A stretch of 46,011 bases of DNA from a virus. Shown here in pieces: positions 17,599 to 24,209 of the stretch (position 1 is its first letter; each line of letters opens with the position of its first letter). The notes below the pieces were generated by a model. The model was given only the letters and a program-made list of their open reading frames with translations. It was not told the DNA's origin and did no database searches. The position numbers and the translations under genes are program-made. The stretch is taken from positions 1 through 46,011 of the IMG/VR virus record IMGVR_UViG_3300011494_000001. The stretch is one strand, 5' to 3'.

Positions 17599-17717
17599 GG
17601 CTGCTCTCCTTGCTGTATTGGCGCCAGAATCGGTCCGTCTACGTGGTCAATCCAGATAACGACGGCCATCATGGCAAGCAGCAGAAGCATGATCAGAAGA
17701 TCGTGGTCGTCGTTCAT
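17595..17717 (-). CDS. Micro-ORF, 40-aa membrane peptide (MNDDHDLLIMLLLLAMMAVVIWIDHVDGPILAPIQQGEQP)
   Basis: Hand translation. ATGA overlaps at both ends fill the gap between two called genes exactly. Confidence 0.45.
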   Translation of the reverse strand: MNDDHDLLIMLLLLAMMAVVIWIDHVDGPILAPIQQGEQP

Positions 17718-18049
17718 GCGTCCTCCCGTTGATCTTCGATCAGCTCGTCACAGGCGGCGTCCAGCTCCGCGTCGTAGACACCAAGGCCATTTGGCAGGCC
17801 GGCTTTGCGGAAAGCCCGGTAGCGATCGGCATCCTTCTGCGCCGCATCCCGCTCAGCGAGAATGGCGTCGTAGTCGGCAAGCAGGTCTAGAACAGTGGCC
17901 GGGGTTGCTTTCTCGCTGAACTGATCATCGAGGTGCGCCCAGGCGTCGTATGCCTGCTCGCTGTCGGAGCTAAGGTGCGTCTCTTGCGCGGCCTTAGCGG
18001 CCTCAGCCAGCGCCTTCAGCTCATCCCACCGCTTCACTTCCTTGCTCAT
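17714..18049 (-). CDS. Hypothetical acidic protein, 111 aa
   Basis: ATG 18049 overlaps the upstream stop (ATGA); high GC3. Confidence 0.6.
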   Translation of the reverse strand: MSKEVKRWDELKALAEAAKAAQETHLSSDSEQAYDAWAHLDDQFSEKATPATVLDLLADYDAILAERDAAQKDADRYRAFRKAGLPNGLGVYDAELDAACDELIEDQREDA

Positions 18050-18240
18050 GCCTGCTCTCCCTGCGCGCCCATAATCGCGCTGCGAATAAACTCCCACTCC
18101 TCGTCTGTGCAGTGCTGCGCGAGAGGCTTGCTTGCTGCCAGCGTGAGGGCTTCGAGGAGGGTGTCGTAATGCTTGGCGAGGACGACTGTTCGGTAGACGG
18201 CGCCGACCTGAACGACGAAGTGGCGTGCGTGATCGCTCAT
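18046..18240 (-). CDS. Hypothetical protein, 64 aa
   Basis: ATG 18240 overlaps the upstream stop (ATGA). The N-terminal part of the track ORF is Arg-rich out-of-frame overlap. Confidence 0.5.
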   Translation of the reverse strand: MSDHARHFVVQVGAVYRTVVLAKHYDTLLEALTLAASKPLAQHCTDEEWEFIRSAIMGAQGEQA

Positions 18241-18596
18241 GCTGCCTCCTGCTTGATCTGCTCTGCGGTGCTGCGCAACTGCGCCGCGTGGTGCTCGATG
18301 AATTCCGCCTGCAGCTTGTCGATGCTCCAGACGATCTCGTTCAGGGCCTCGTCTAGCCATTCGTTCGAGTAGCCGATGCGGCTGCGCATGGCGTCCCACT
18401 TGCCGGAGCAGATGGACAGGATCAGCGCCTTGGCCAGCGCGGCCGGCACCTCAAGCTTGTCCTCGCAAAACTCGGCGTAGGCCTGCATGGTTGGTTCGTG
18501 GAGGCTGTCGAGCGCGGCCAGCACCTGCTCTGCCTCGGAAACGCTGTCATCCGGGCACGGCTGTTCGCGGCGCCCTATGGGTCCGTAGTGGGTCAT
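18237..18596 (-). CDS. Hypothetical protein, 119 aa
   Basis: First ORF after the 0.77-kb ORF-free gap; weak GAGG SD; high GC3. Confidence 0.6.
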   Translation of the reverse strand: MTHYGPIGRREQPCPDDSVSEAEQVLAALDSLHEPTMQAYAEFCEDKLEVPAALAKALILSICSGKWDAMRSRIGYSNEWLDEALNEIVWSIDKLQAEFIEHHAAQLRSTAEQIKQEAA

Positions 18597-18989
18597 GGTG
18601 AATACCTCGGTTGCCCGGATGGGCGATGGAAGGGGTGATGCAGTGGCCGGGCATCACTCCGGCGCGCCTTAACATTGCGGTGGCTCCGCAAGAGGGCTCC
18701 CGACCTTTCGGCCCGCAAGGCATTCCCTCTGACGACTTCTTCCCCGGTGCGCCTAGTTCCCGGTATTTCTGCTGTTTGCGTGTCTATGGCTGCCACGCCG
18801 CACTGCATCGGGGAGTGATCTGCCCTGAGTCGAACAGGGAAGACATGCTGGGCTTCTCGCCAGATTGATCAGGTCCGGCACCGGCCGGCGCTACATGGGG
18901 GCTACCCGTTCACGCCGGCCGCGCATCAGGCTCGCGGTCCGCGCCAAATCACTCTCCGATGCAGGCTCGTTACGTGAGCCATTCGAGAT

Positions 18990-19014
18990 GAAAGCCCGAC
19001 ATTGCCGGGCTTTC
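18990..19014. terminator. Bidirectional terminator-like hairpin inside the leftward operon
   Basis: GAAAGCCCG-acattgc-CGGGCTTTC. Core GC stem is followed by TTTC on both strands (short U tract, so strength is uncertain). Confidence 0.5.
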
Positions 19015-19361
19015 GGTGTGCTGTGGTTTCTTGGCGGGGAAGCCGACGCCAGACCGTCAGGCGACCCCGGTGAACCTTCGCGGCCTCCAGGGCATGTAGC
19101 GCTTTGCGTCGGCTCCGCTCAGCTCAGGCACGTCAGTGTCTGGCCGCTCGTGCCTGAGTGAGGCGCCGATCAGTAGGACGATGAGCATTGGTTTGTCTCG
19201 AAGTGAATGAATGCCTGCTACCGATACCCGGCAGGCGCTAGGCAGGAGTTGTCTTCCGTGACGCCGGATCGGCTCCAGCTGATGGTCATGGCGCTACCAG
19301 CACCGCGCGCCGTTCGGTTATCGCAGACCTGGCGGTCTGGCCTGGCTGGTTCAGGCGGGGG

Positions 19362-19811
19362 TTATTTGGTGCGGGCTGCGAGCATGGCATGCCGCTCCAT
19401 GTGGTGCTGGTGGCAGAGCCAGATAACATCTAGCGGCTTTGAATAGTCGTCATGGTGGGCATGCGTCCTTACCTCGCTACCACACACTTGGCACGGCTGC
19501 TTAATCAAGCAGCCATTGCGAACAGCTGTCTGTACAGCTTGGTGGGCTAGCCTCTTTTCAGGATGATTGGCTCGCCACTTAGAAGTACGCTGCGAGCGGT
19601 TAGCCGATTGGCTCTCGTGATACTTATTGTTGGAGGCGCGCTTCTTTTCTCGATTACGGCGCGCCCATTCTGTAGCCATGCTCACTTCGCACGGCTTGCA
19701 GACATATTTGCGTCGGCGAACCATCGCATCAGTTACGGTGATTGCTGACTTGCACCGGGAGCACGGCCTTATATCTCCGACAAAATTGCGCTGAACGTTG
19801 TTACCGGCCAT
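19362..19811 (-). CDS. HNH endonuclease, 149 aa
   Basis: C-terminal ...CQVCGSEVRTHAHHDDYSKPLDVIWLCHQHHMERH (Cys pairs plus HNH His pattern). Lower GC than flanks. ATG 19811 chosen because the upstream part of the track ORF overlaps the neighbour out of frame. Confidence 0.7.
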   Translation of the reverse strand: MAGNNVQRNFVGDIRPCSRCKSAITVTDAMVRRRKYVCKPCEVSMATEWARRNREKKRASNNKYHESQSANRSQRTSKWRANHPEKRLAHQAVQTAVRNGCLIKQPCQVCGSEVRTHAHHDDYSKPLDVIWLCHQHHMERHAMLAARTK

Positions 19812-20064
19812 AGCTACCGCTCCTTGCGAGCAACATCGCATCAGCCAGCTTGTAAGCTGTTCTTGCGGTTTCGTTCTCGCATCCATCCATGCCAAGCAGG
19901 CAAGGAGAGCCGGCGGTTGATATGAGCCCCTGCATCGCCTTCGCCGCGAAGTAATCGCGAAGATCCATGCCGGAGCTGGGAAGCGTTTTCCGTATCTCAT
20001 TGCCCGAGATGAACTTGTTTCCGCCTTCGCATGGAAACGCCGGCCCGCCTGTATCAATGGTCAT
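19801..20064 (-). CDS. Hypothetical phage protein, 87 aa
   Basis: AAGGAGA before ATG. ...GGPAFP...GMDLRDYFAAKAMQGL... is a recurrent phage-protein motif by recollection. Confidence 0.6.
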   Translation of the reverse strand: MTIDTGGPAFPCEGGNKFISGNEIRKTLPSSGMDLRDYFAAKAMQGLISTAGSPCLLGMDGCENETARTAYKLADAMLLARSGSYGR

Positions 20065-20065
20065 C

Positions 20066-20158
20066 TCAATCTCCTTTCCAATTCCTTCTCCACCAATCCC
20101 ACATGCAAAGCGCTGCCAATACGCCGCAAATGATCAGGACTTCGGGGCCGGTTAGCAT
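20066..20158 (-). CDS. Micro-ORF, 30-aa hydrophobic/Trp-rich peptide (MLTGPEVLIICGVLAALCMWDWWRRNWKGD)
   Basis: Hand translation. ATG overlaps the upstream TAA (ATGCTAA) and the stop lies 1 nt before the next ATG. Confidence 0.35.
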   Translation of the reverse strand: MLTGPEVLIICGVLAALCMWDWWRRNWKGD

Positions 20159-20445
20159 GGCGTGCCGCGGGCCTTGGCGATGGCCGTGCGGGCCTTCTCC
20201 AGCGCCGCTAGAGTGACCGCGTTCTGGTGCGTGTATCCCATGATTGCCATCTGAGCGGACTCCAGCGCCGCGAGAAGATCAGGCGCCGCAGCCAGCAGGC
20301 GAGCGTCATTCATGTCGTGCTCGCCTGTAACGCTTCGCTCAATGACGGCCACGCCTGGTTCAATGAAGATGTAGAACTCCGACTTCTGCCCGGTCGCTTC
20401 AAGTTCGCTGACGTACCAGTCGCCTGGCGTAAATCCTTCGCTCAT
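20152..20445 (-). CDS. Hypothetical protein (Ead/Ea22-like C-terminal motif), 97 aa
   Basis: GGAGG before ATG. ...NDARLLAAAPDLLAALE... motif is common in lambdoid early proteins (recollection). Confidence 0.6.
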   Translation of the reverse strand: MSEGFTPGDWYVSELEATGQKSEFYIFIEPGVAVIERSVTGEHDMNDARLLAAAPDLLAALESAQMAIMGYTHQNAVTLAALEKARTAIAKARGTPC

Positions 20446-20505
20446 CTCATCCTCCTATGTGCTGATGGGTGCCCGCTGCAGCCTGTCGCCAAGCTGCGGG
20501 GTGGG

Positions 20506-21261
20506 TTACTCGTTCATCGCGGCTTGAATGAATATCCGCGCCGCTTCAGCGTCGACAGCGTTTCCGTAGGCGCGCAGCTGCTCCACTCGGTTGGGATATT
20601 CATTAGCCAACGGGAATGTTCCGGGCTCAATCGGCCTTCGCTTTCCGTCAAGGCATTGCACAAACTCAACCGCGCTTGCATTGCTAATGAAATCTGACGC
20701 CCCTCCTGAATCCTTCGCAGCACGCCGGGCAGCCTGCAATCCGCCTTCTTTCCGTCCGAAGCCAGCGGCGTACGCCACAAAGAAAAGTCGCTCGCGAGGT
20801 GTGAACGAACCTGCGCTTGCGGCTTCGATAGGCATTGCCCCAAAGGCGTAGCCCATGGCCTCCAGGTGACTGCGCACAAGAATGATCCATTTAGCTGCGC
20901 TCGCAACCTGCTCTCCAAAGAACGCTGCAGGTCGACGCTGTTCGATAAGCCAGGCGAGGGAGGGCCAGAGGTGGCGCTCATCAGCAAACCCAGCTCCTTT
21001 GCCTGCCGCGCTGAAAGGCTGGCATGGGCAACTCCCGGTCCATACAGGAACGTCATCTGGCCATCCGGCTCTACGAAGAGCGAGGGACCAGACTCCAACA
21101 CCTGCAAAGAAGTGGCATTGCGTGTAACCGTCGAGGTCTGCAGGGCGGACATCCTCGATACTCCTCTCGTCTACGTCGCCAGGCGCGATGTGGCCGGCCT
21201 CTATCAAATTTCGCAGCCACTGAGCCGCGTACGGGTCGATCTCGTTGTAATACGCGGTCAT
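20506..21261 (-). CDS. DNA (cytosine-5) methyltransferase, 251 aa
   Basis: FFAGVGVWS (motif I-like), GSCPCQPFSAAGK (PCQ, motif IV), FFGEQV (ENV-like), TPRERLFFVAY (motif VIII-like), AYGNAV (motif X). ATG 21261 = MTAYYNEID. Confidence 0.8.
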   Translation of the reverse strand: MTAYYNEIDPYAAQWLRNLIEAGHIAPGDVDERSIEDVRPADLDGYTQCHFFAGVGVWSLALRRAGWPDDVPVWTGSCPCQPFSAAGKGAGFADERHLWPSLAWLIEQRRPAAFFGEQVASAAKWIILVRSHLEAMGYAFGAMPIEAASAGSFTPRERLFFVAYAAGFGRKEGGLQAARRAAKDSGGASDFISNASAVEFVQCLDGKRRPIEPGTFPLANEYPNRVEQLRAYGNAVDAEAARIFIQAAMNE

Positions 21262-21370
21262 GTGCGCCTCGCTTGTTAATCCATCAAGCCGCCCACTGCG
21301 CCTCATCCATCCGCTGAGCCCGCGCTACTTGATGAGAGCGGGGCTGGGTCTGGACGGCGCACATAGCCGG

Positions 21371-21577
21371 CTAGGCGTTCATCGTCACCGTGATGCAGCC
21401 GTTGCTGGCTCGCATCACACTCCAGCGGTTCAACATCACGGCGGGCCCGAACTTCTTGCCCGCCGCGCGCTTCACCTGATCGGCTACCGACTGCAGGCTT
21501 TCGCCTTCCTCTGCAATGGCCAGCCACTGGAGCCGCTTGCCGCTGCTGAGGCTGGCGTCGATGTTGAACTGGGCCAT
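21371..21577 (-). CDS. Hypothetical protein, 68 aa
   Basis: GAGGG SD before ATG 21577; high GC3. Confidence 0.5.
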   Translation of the reverse strand: MAQFNIDASLSSGKRLQWLAIAEEGESLQSVADQVKRAAGKKFGPAVMLNRWSVMRASNGCITVTMNA

Positions 21578-21580
21578 TTG

Positions 21581-21793
21581 CTATCCCTCAATCTCAAAGT
21601 GGCGGCGGGCGACCTGCTCGCCGATTTCATCCAGCAGCTCAGCGGCTCCGAAGTGGTTCACGATCTGCTCGATGTCGAAGTTGGCCAGCACCGTGGCGCC
21701 GTCCGCGTCGTATGCCGAGACGCCCATCAGCGTGCGGCTGGCTGGGTTAACGTCGATCTTGTAGGCGTCGAAATTCAAAACGCTGATGTTCAT
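21581..21793 (-). CDS. Hypothetical protein, 70 aa
   Basis: GGAGAGAGAG directly before ATG 21793. The upstream part of the 131-aa track ORF looks non-coding (Ser/Arg/Gly-rich). Confidence 0.55.
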   Translation of the reverse strand: MNISVLNFDAYKIDVNPASRTLMGVSAYDADGATVLANFDIEQIVNHFGAAELLDEIGEQVARRHFEIEG

Positions 21794-21851
21794 CTCTCTC
21801 TCCATTCTGTTAATCCCCGCTGCAGCCTGTCGCCAAGCTGCGGGGGTGGGG

Positions 21852-22058
21852 TTAGGCGGCATACTCGAACCAGGGATTCGGCCCGTCCTTGTGCAGCCAG
21901 ATGAACCTGTCCAGCTCAAGCGAGCACGGCGGCTTGAATATGCAGACGTTCCCGTCGACCTTCTCGCACCACCCAACCAGCTCTCCGGCTGGCAGGGTCA
22001 TGTGCTTGTCGCTGGAGAAGATCCGGCAGCCCCGCATCGGCTTAGTGAAGCGCCGCAT
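21852..22058 (-). CDS. Hypothetical protein, 68 aa
   Basis: TAATG overlap with the upstream gene; high GC3. Confidence 0.5.
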   Translation of the reverse strand: MRRFTKPMRGCRIFSSDKHMTLPAGELVGWCEKVDGNVCIFKPPCSLELDRFIWLHKDGPNPWFEYAA

Positions 22059-22288
22059 TACGCGGCTTTCCGATGCAGTGTGCAGTACCGACTAGTGCAG
22101 CCGCAGGCCGATGCCTCGCGCCATGCGTGGTAGCGATGGGCCAGAGCAGGCAGCGCGCGGCCATCGCGGCATACCATCCTGACCGTCTCGCGCCACTCCA
22201 GCGGAGTGAACGGCGCGGCACCGTGAATTAGGGCGGGGCCTTGCTCGGCGCTGAAGAAGTCGGTGAGGGTATCGAAATCGCATTCCAT
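22058..22288 (-). CDS. Hypothetical protein, 76 aa; first ORF of the leftward early operon
   Basis: AAGGAGATAGCC before ATG 22288 (MECDFDTLTDFF...). Not Arg-rich, so not an obvious N homologue. Confidence 0.5.
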   Translation of the reverse strand: MECDFDTLTDFFSAEQGPALIHGAAPFTPLEWRETVRMVCRDGRALPALAHRYHAWREASACGCTSRYCTLHRKAA

Positions 22289-22586
22289 GGCTATCTCCTT
22301 GTGTCTTTGGCGGCGTATGCCCAGGCGTTGCGTTTGGTGTCGCGGCGCTCGGTTGATTCCCAATGCCGACTCATCGAATCGGCATCAGTGAATGTTCCGT
22401 TCTCCGTTGCGCGCTATGCCGAGTCGTCTCAGGCCCTGGTCAGCTACTGGCGTCTTCCAGGGAGGCGGTTGCGCAACTTCGCGTGGCTGCATGTGGAGCC
22501 ACGGCCAGTTCCAGAGCTGGCATGGGGCGGGGAATTTGTTGATCGCGCTGTATGCCGAAGCAGACCCCGCCGCGATGTTCCCAATC

Positions 22587-22614
22587 TGTTAAAGAGCGTG
22601 GGCTTTTCAGGCCC
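22587..22614 (-). promoter_or_regulatory. nut-like element in the PL leader: boxB-like hairpin followed by rrn-type boxA
   Basis: Minus strand reads GGGCCUGAAAAGCCC-A-CGCUCUUUAACA. The last 11 nt equal the GCUCUUUAACA core of boxA. The hairpin loop CUGAAAA resembles lambda boxB. Begins ~25-30 nt downstream of the predicted PL start. Confidence 0.55.
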
Positions 22615-22643
22615 TGACGCGGTGCTGCTGCGTCGATGGGTGA

Positions 22644-22687
22644 ACAATAAGCCACTGCCTAATCTTGTGCAATAGGCATTAGCTAAT
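22644..22687 (-). promoter_or_regulatory. Candidate PL promoter and OL operators
   Basis: Minus strand: ATTAGCTAATGCCTATTGCAC-aag-ATTAGGCAGTGGCTTATTGT. That gives -35 TTGCAC (22667-72), a 17-nt spacer and -10 TATTGT (22644-49). The two blocks recur at OR. Confidence 0.5.
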
Positions 22688-22742
22688 TTTTTTCGAGTAG
22701 ACGAACGAAACCGCCCCGAGGCTCTGCCGAGGCCCTATTGAG

Positions 22743-22791
22743 GGAATCAGGAATCAGGAATCAGGAATCAGGAATCAGGAATCAGGAATCA
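22743..22791. repeat. Perfect tandem repeat (GGAATCA)x7
   Basis: Counted directly: 49 nt, seven identical heptamers, in the intergenic space between the cI 3' end and OL/PL. Confidence 0.97.
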
Positions 22792-22805
22792 GCCGGGCTC
22801 GACAT

Positions 22806-22826
22806 GGCCTAGGACTGTCCTAGGCC
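22806..22826. repeat. Perfect 21-nt palindrome GGCCTAGGAC-t-GTCCTAGGCC, 46 nt downstream of the cI stop
   Basis: Read directly. 10-bp arms. No U tract on either strand, so not a canonical intrinsic terminator. Confidence 0.9.
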
Positions 22827-22871
22827 CGTACATTGGCTGGAAGGCGCGGAATAGAAGGGTTCGCGGCTATG

Positions 22872-23654
22872 TCAGCCTAGTGCGCCGCCGCGCCATATGA
22901 CGCGACCCATGATAGGCACCTCGGCCATTGATGCGGCAGAGACTTCCTCGTCTGGATAGCGGGCCTTGTCCGGGTTGTCGCTGCGAATCAGCCAGTTGCC
23001 TGATATCTGCTGCGCCATGCGCTTGATGCTTAAGCTGCCGTCTGGCCGGCGGATTGCGTACACCTGGCGGTCTCGCGGCTCCGTGTCGGAGCTGTCGAAC
23101 AGCACCACGTCACCCTCGAAGATGTAGGGCTCCATGCTGCTTCCGCTGGCGTAGATGACAAACAGGTGCTGCGGCTTTGCGCCCATGCGGCGTAGCCAGT
23201 CGCGCTTGAAGGCAAGGCCTCCATTCACTTCGACGTGCTCGTTGAGCGCGCCGTCACCGCAGGCGCCGCGGGCGCTGTATTGGGGGATGAGGGCGTAATC
23301 GTCGCTGCTTGGAGAGTGCCCGGCGCGACTGTCTTCCGCCGGCGTGGCTGTGAGGCCAATCGCTGCTTCGCCAAGATTGCCGATCTGCAGGTCGCCGTCT
23401 GTTCCTGGCGAGCGATGAGCCTCGTCAGCAATTAGCACAGTTCCTTCCGCAAGCCCCCAGTGGCTGGCAGGAACGACATCGGAGAAGAAGGTGATCATCT
23501 GGATGATCTTCGTCTTGTCGATACGGCCGGTCGCGATCCACCCCTGAACCGATGGCGGCTTCACGTTGAAATGGTCCGCAAGGGCCTTCTTTGAAAGACC
23601 CTTCTTGATTCGTGCGGCGTCTATAGCTGCGCCAAGCTGTTCACCTTTAAGCAT
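22872..23654 (-). CDS. cI: CI-type prophage repressor (HTH_XRE N-terminal domain + S24 LexA-like autopeptidase C-terminal domain), 260 aa
   Basis: ...[26 protein letters not shown]... (HTH). ...[19 protein letters not shown]... and ...LSIKRM... (S24 Ser/Lys dyad). Divergent from the cro-like gene. Confidence 0.9.
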   Translation of the reverse strand: MLKGEQLGAAIDAARIKKGLSKKALADHFNVKPPSVQGWIATGRIDKTKIIQMITFFSDVVPASHWGLAEGTVLIADEAHRSPGTDGDLQIGNLGEAAIGLTATPAEDSRAGHSPSSDDYALIPQYSARGACGDGALNEHVEVNGGLAFKRDWLRRMGAKPQHLFVIYASGSSMEPYIFEGDVVLFDSSDTEPRDRQVYAIRRPDGSLSIKRMAQQISGNWLIRSDNPDKARYPDEEVSAASMAEVPIMGRVIWRGGALG

Positions 23655-23724
23655 TGCCTAATTTACCCCCGGTGAATATCGGTTAGGCAATGGCTTGCTT
23701 CTCGATTAGCTAATGCCTTATTCT
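23653..23724. promoter_or_regulatory. OR operator cluster and candidate PR promoter
   Basis: ATTGCCTAA (23653-61, overlapping the cI ATG) / TTAGGCAAT (23683-91) inverted repeat. Block TTAGGCAATGGCTT (13/14 match to OL). Block ATTAGCTAATGCCT (23705-18, 14/14 match to OL, contains palindrome ATTAGCTAAT). PR = TTGCTT(23695)-18-TATTCT(23719). Confidence 0.5.
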
Positions 23725-23753
23725 GTGCCCGTGTCACTACGGAGTAGCACTCA

Positions 23754-23975
23754 ATGACCCCCGCACAAGCAGCCCAGAAGGCGGCGCAAATCCTCGGTAG
23801 CCAGGCGGAGCTTGCTCGCCAGCTCCAGATTCGCACACCGACTGTTAGCCAGTGGTGCTCAGGTTGCCGGCCGATCCCGGCTGCTCGTGCACTGCAGATC
23901 GAATCAGCAACTGGCGGAAAGGTCCGCCGGCAAGAGCTGTGCCCGTCCTTCCCGTGGGAAGGCGTGGCCGCCTGA
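23754..23975 (+). CDS. cro: Cro / YdaS-type HTH regulator, 73 aa
   Basis: ACGGAG SD. ...LGSQAELARQLQIRTPTVSQW... HTH. Divergent from cI across the operators. Confidence 0.7.
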   Translation: MTPAQAAQKAAQILGSQAELARQLQIRTPTVSQWCSGCRPIPAARALQIESATGGKVRRQELCPSFPWEGVAA

Positions 23976-23996
23976 GAACTGAAAAGGAAGTCGACC

Positions 23997-24191
23997 ATGT
24001 ACCACGACCCCAAACATCTGCGTGACCACATCACGAAAGTCCGCCTCGACGAGGACACCGACGAGCTTCTTCAGTCGTTGGCGAAATTCCATCGCACCCA
24101 GAAAGCCGTCCTGGCTCGCGAACTGTTGGAAGCCAGCCTGCGGGACATGCTTTCGCGCCTTGAGGATAGCGAGATTGTGAAGACGGCCTGA
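23997..24191 (+). CDS. Ribbon-helix-helix-like small protein, 64 aa (cII-position)
   Basis: AAGGAAG SD. ITKVRLDEDTDELLQSLAKFH...KAVLARELLEASL fits a strand-helix-helix pattern. Confidence 0.5.
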   Translation: MYHDPKHLRDHITKVRLDEDTDELLQSLAKFHRTQKAVLARELLEASLRDMLSRLEDSEIVKTA

Positions 24192-24209
24192 AGGGTCCGA
24201 GGAGGCCCT

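Noticed and set aside
22241-22675. 144-aa plus-strand ORF (and the 66-71-aa ORFs around it) in the cI-PL spacer as a rex-like or N-like gene.
   Set aside because: It has poor codon bias and no SD. It runs antisense through the first PL gene and the nut-like leader, and its composition looks non-coding.
22743-22791. The heptamer array as a CRISPR array or as an RsmA/CsrA-titrating sRNA (seven GGA motifs on the plus strand).
   Set aside because: It is not CRISPR because the units are 7 nt with no spacers. The RsmA-sponge idea needs plus-strand transcription, and I found no plausible promoter between OL and the array. The known transcript through here (cI 3' end) is the minus strand, which lacks GGA. 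I kept it only as a remote possibility.
22806-22826. The 21-nt palindrome as the intrinsic terminator of cI.
   Set aside because: There is no U-rich tract on the cI (minus) strand after it. I report it only as a palindrome or possible protein-binding site.
23966-23992. A third CTGAAAAG motif right after the cro stop, as a nutR boxB.
   Set aside because: The flanks cannot pair beyond one C-G, so there is no stem. The A/G-rich sequence is simply the SD region (AAGGAAG) of the next ORF.
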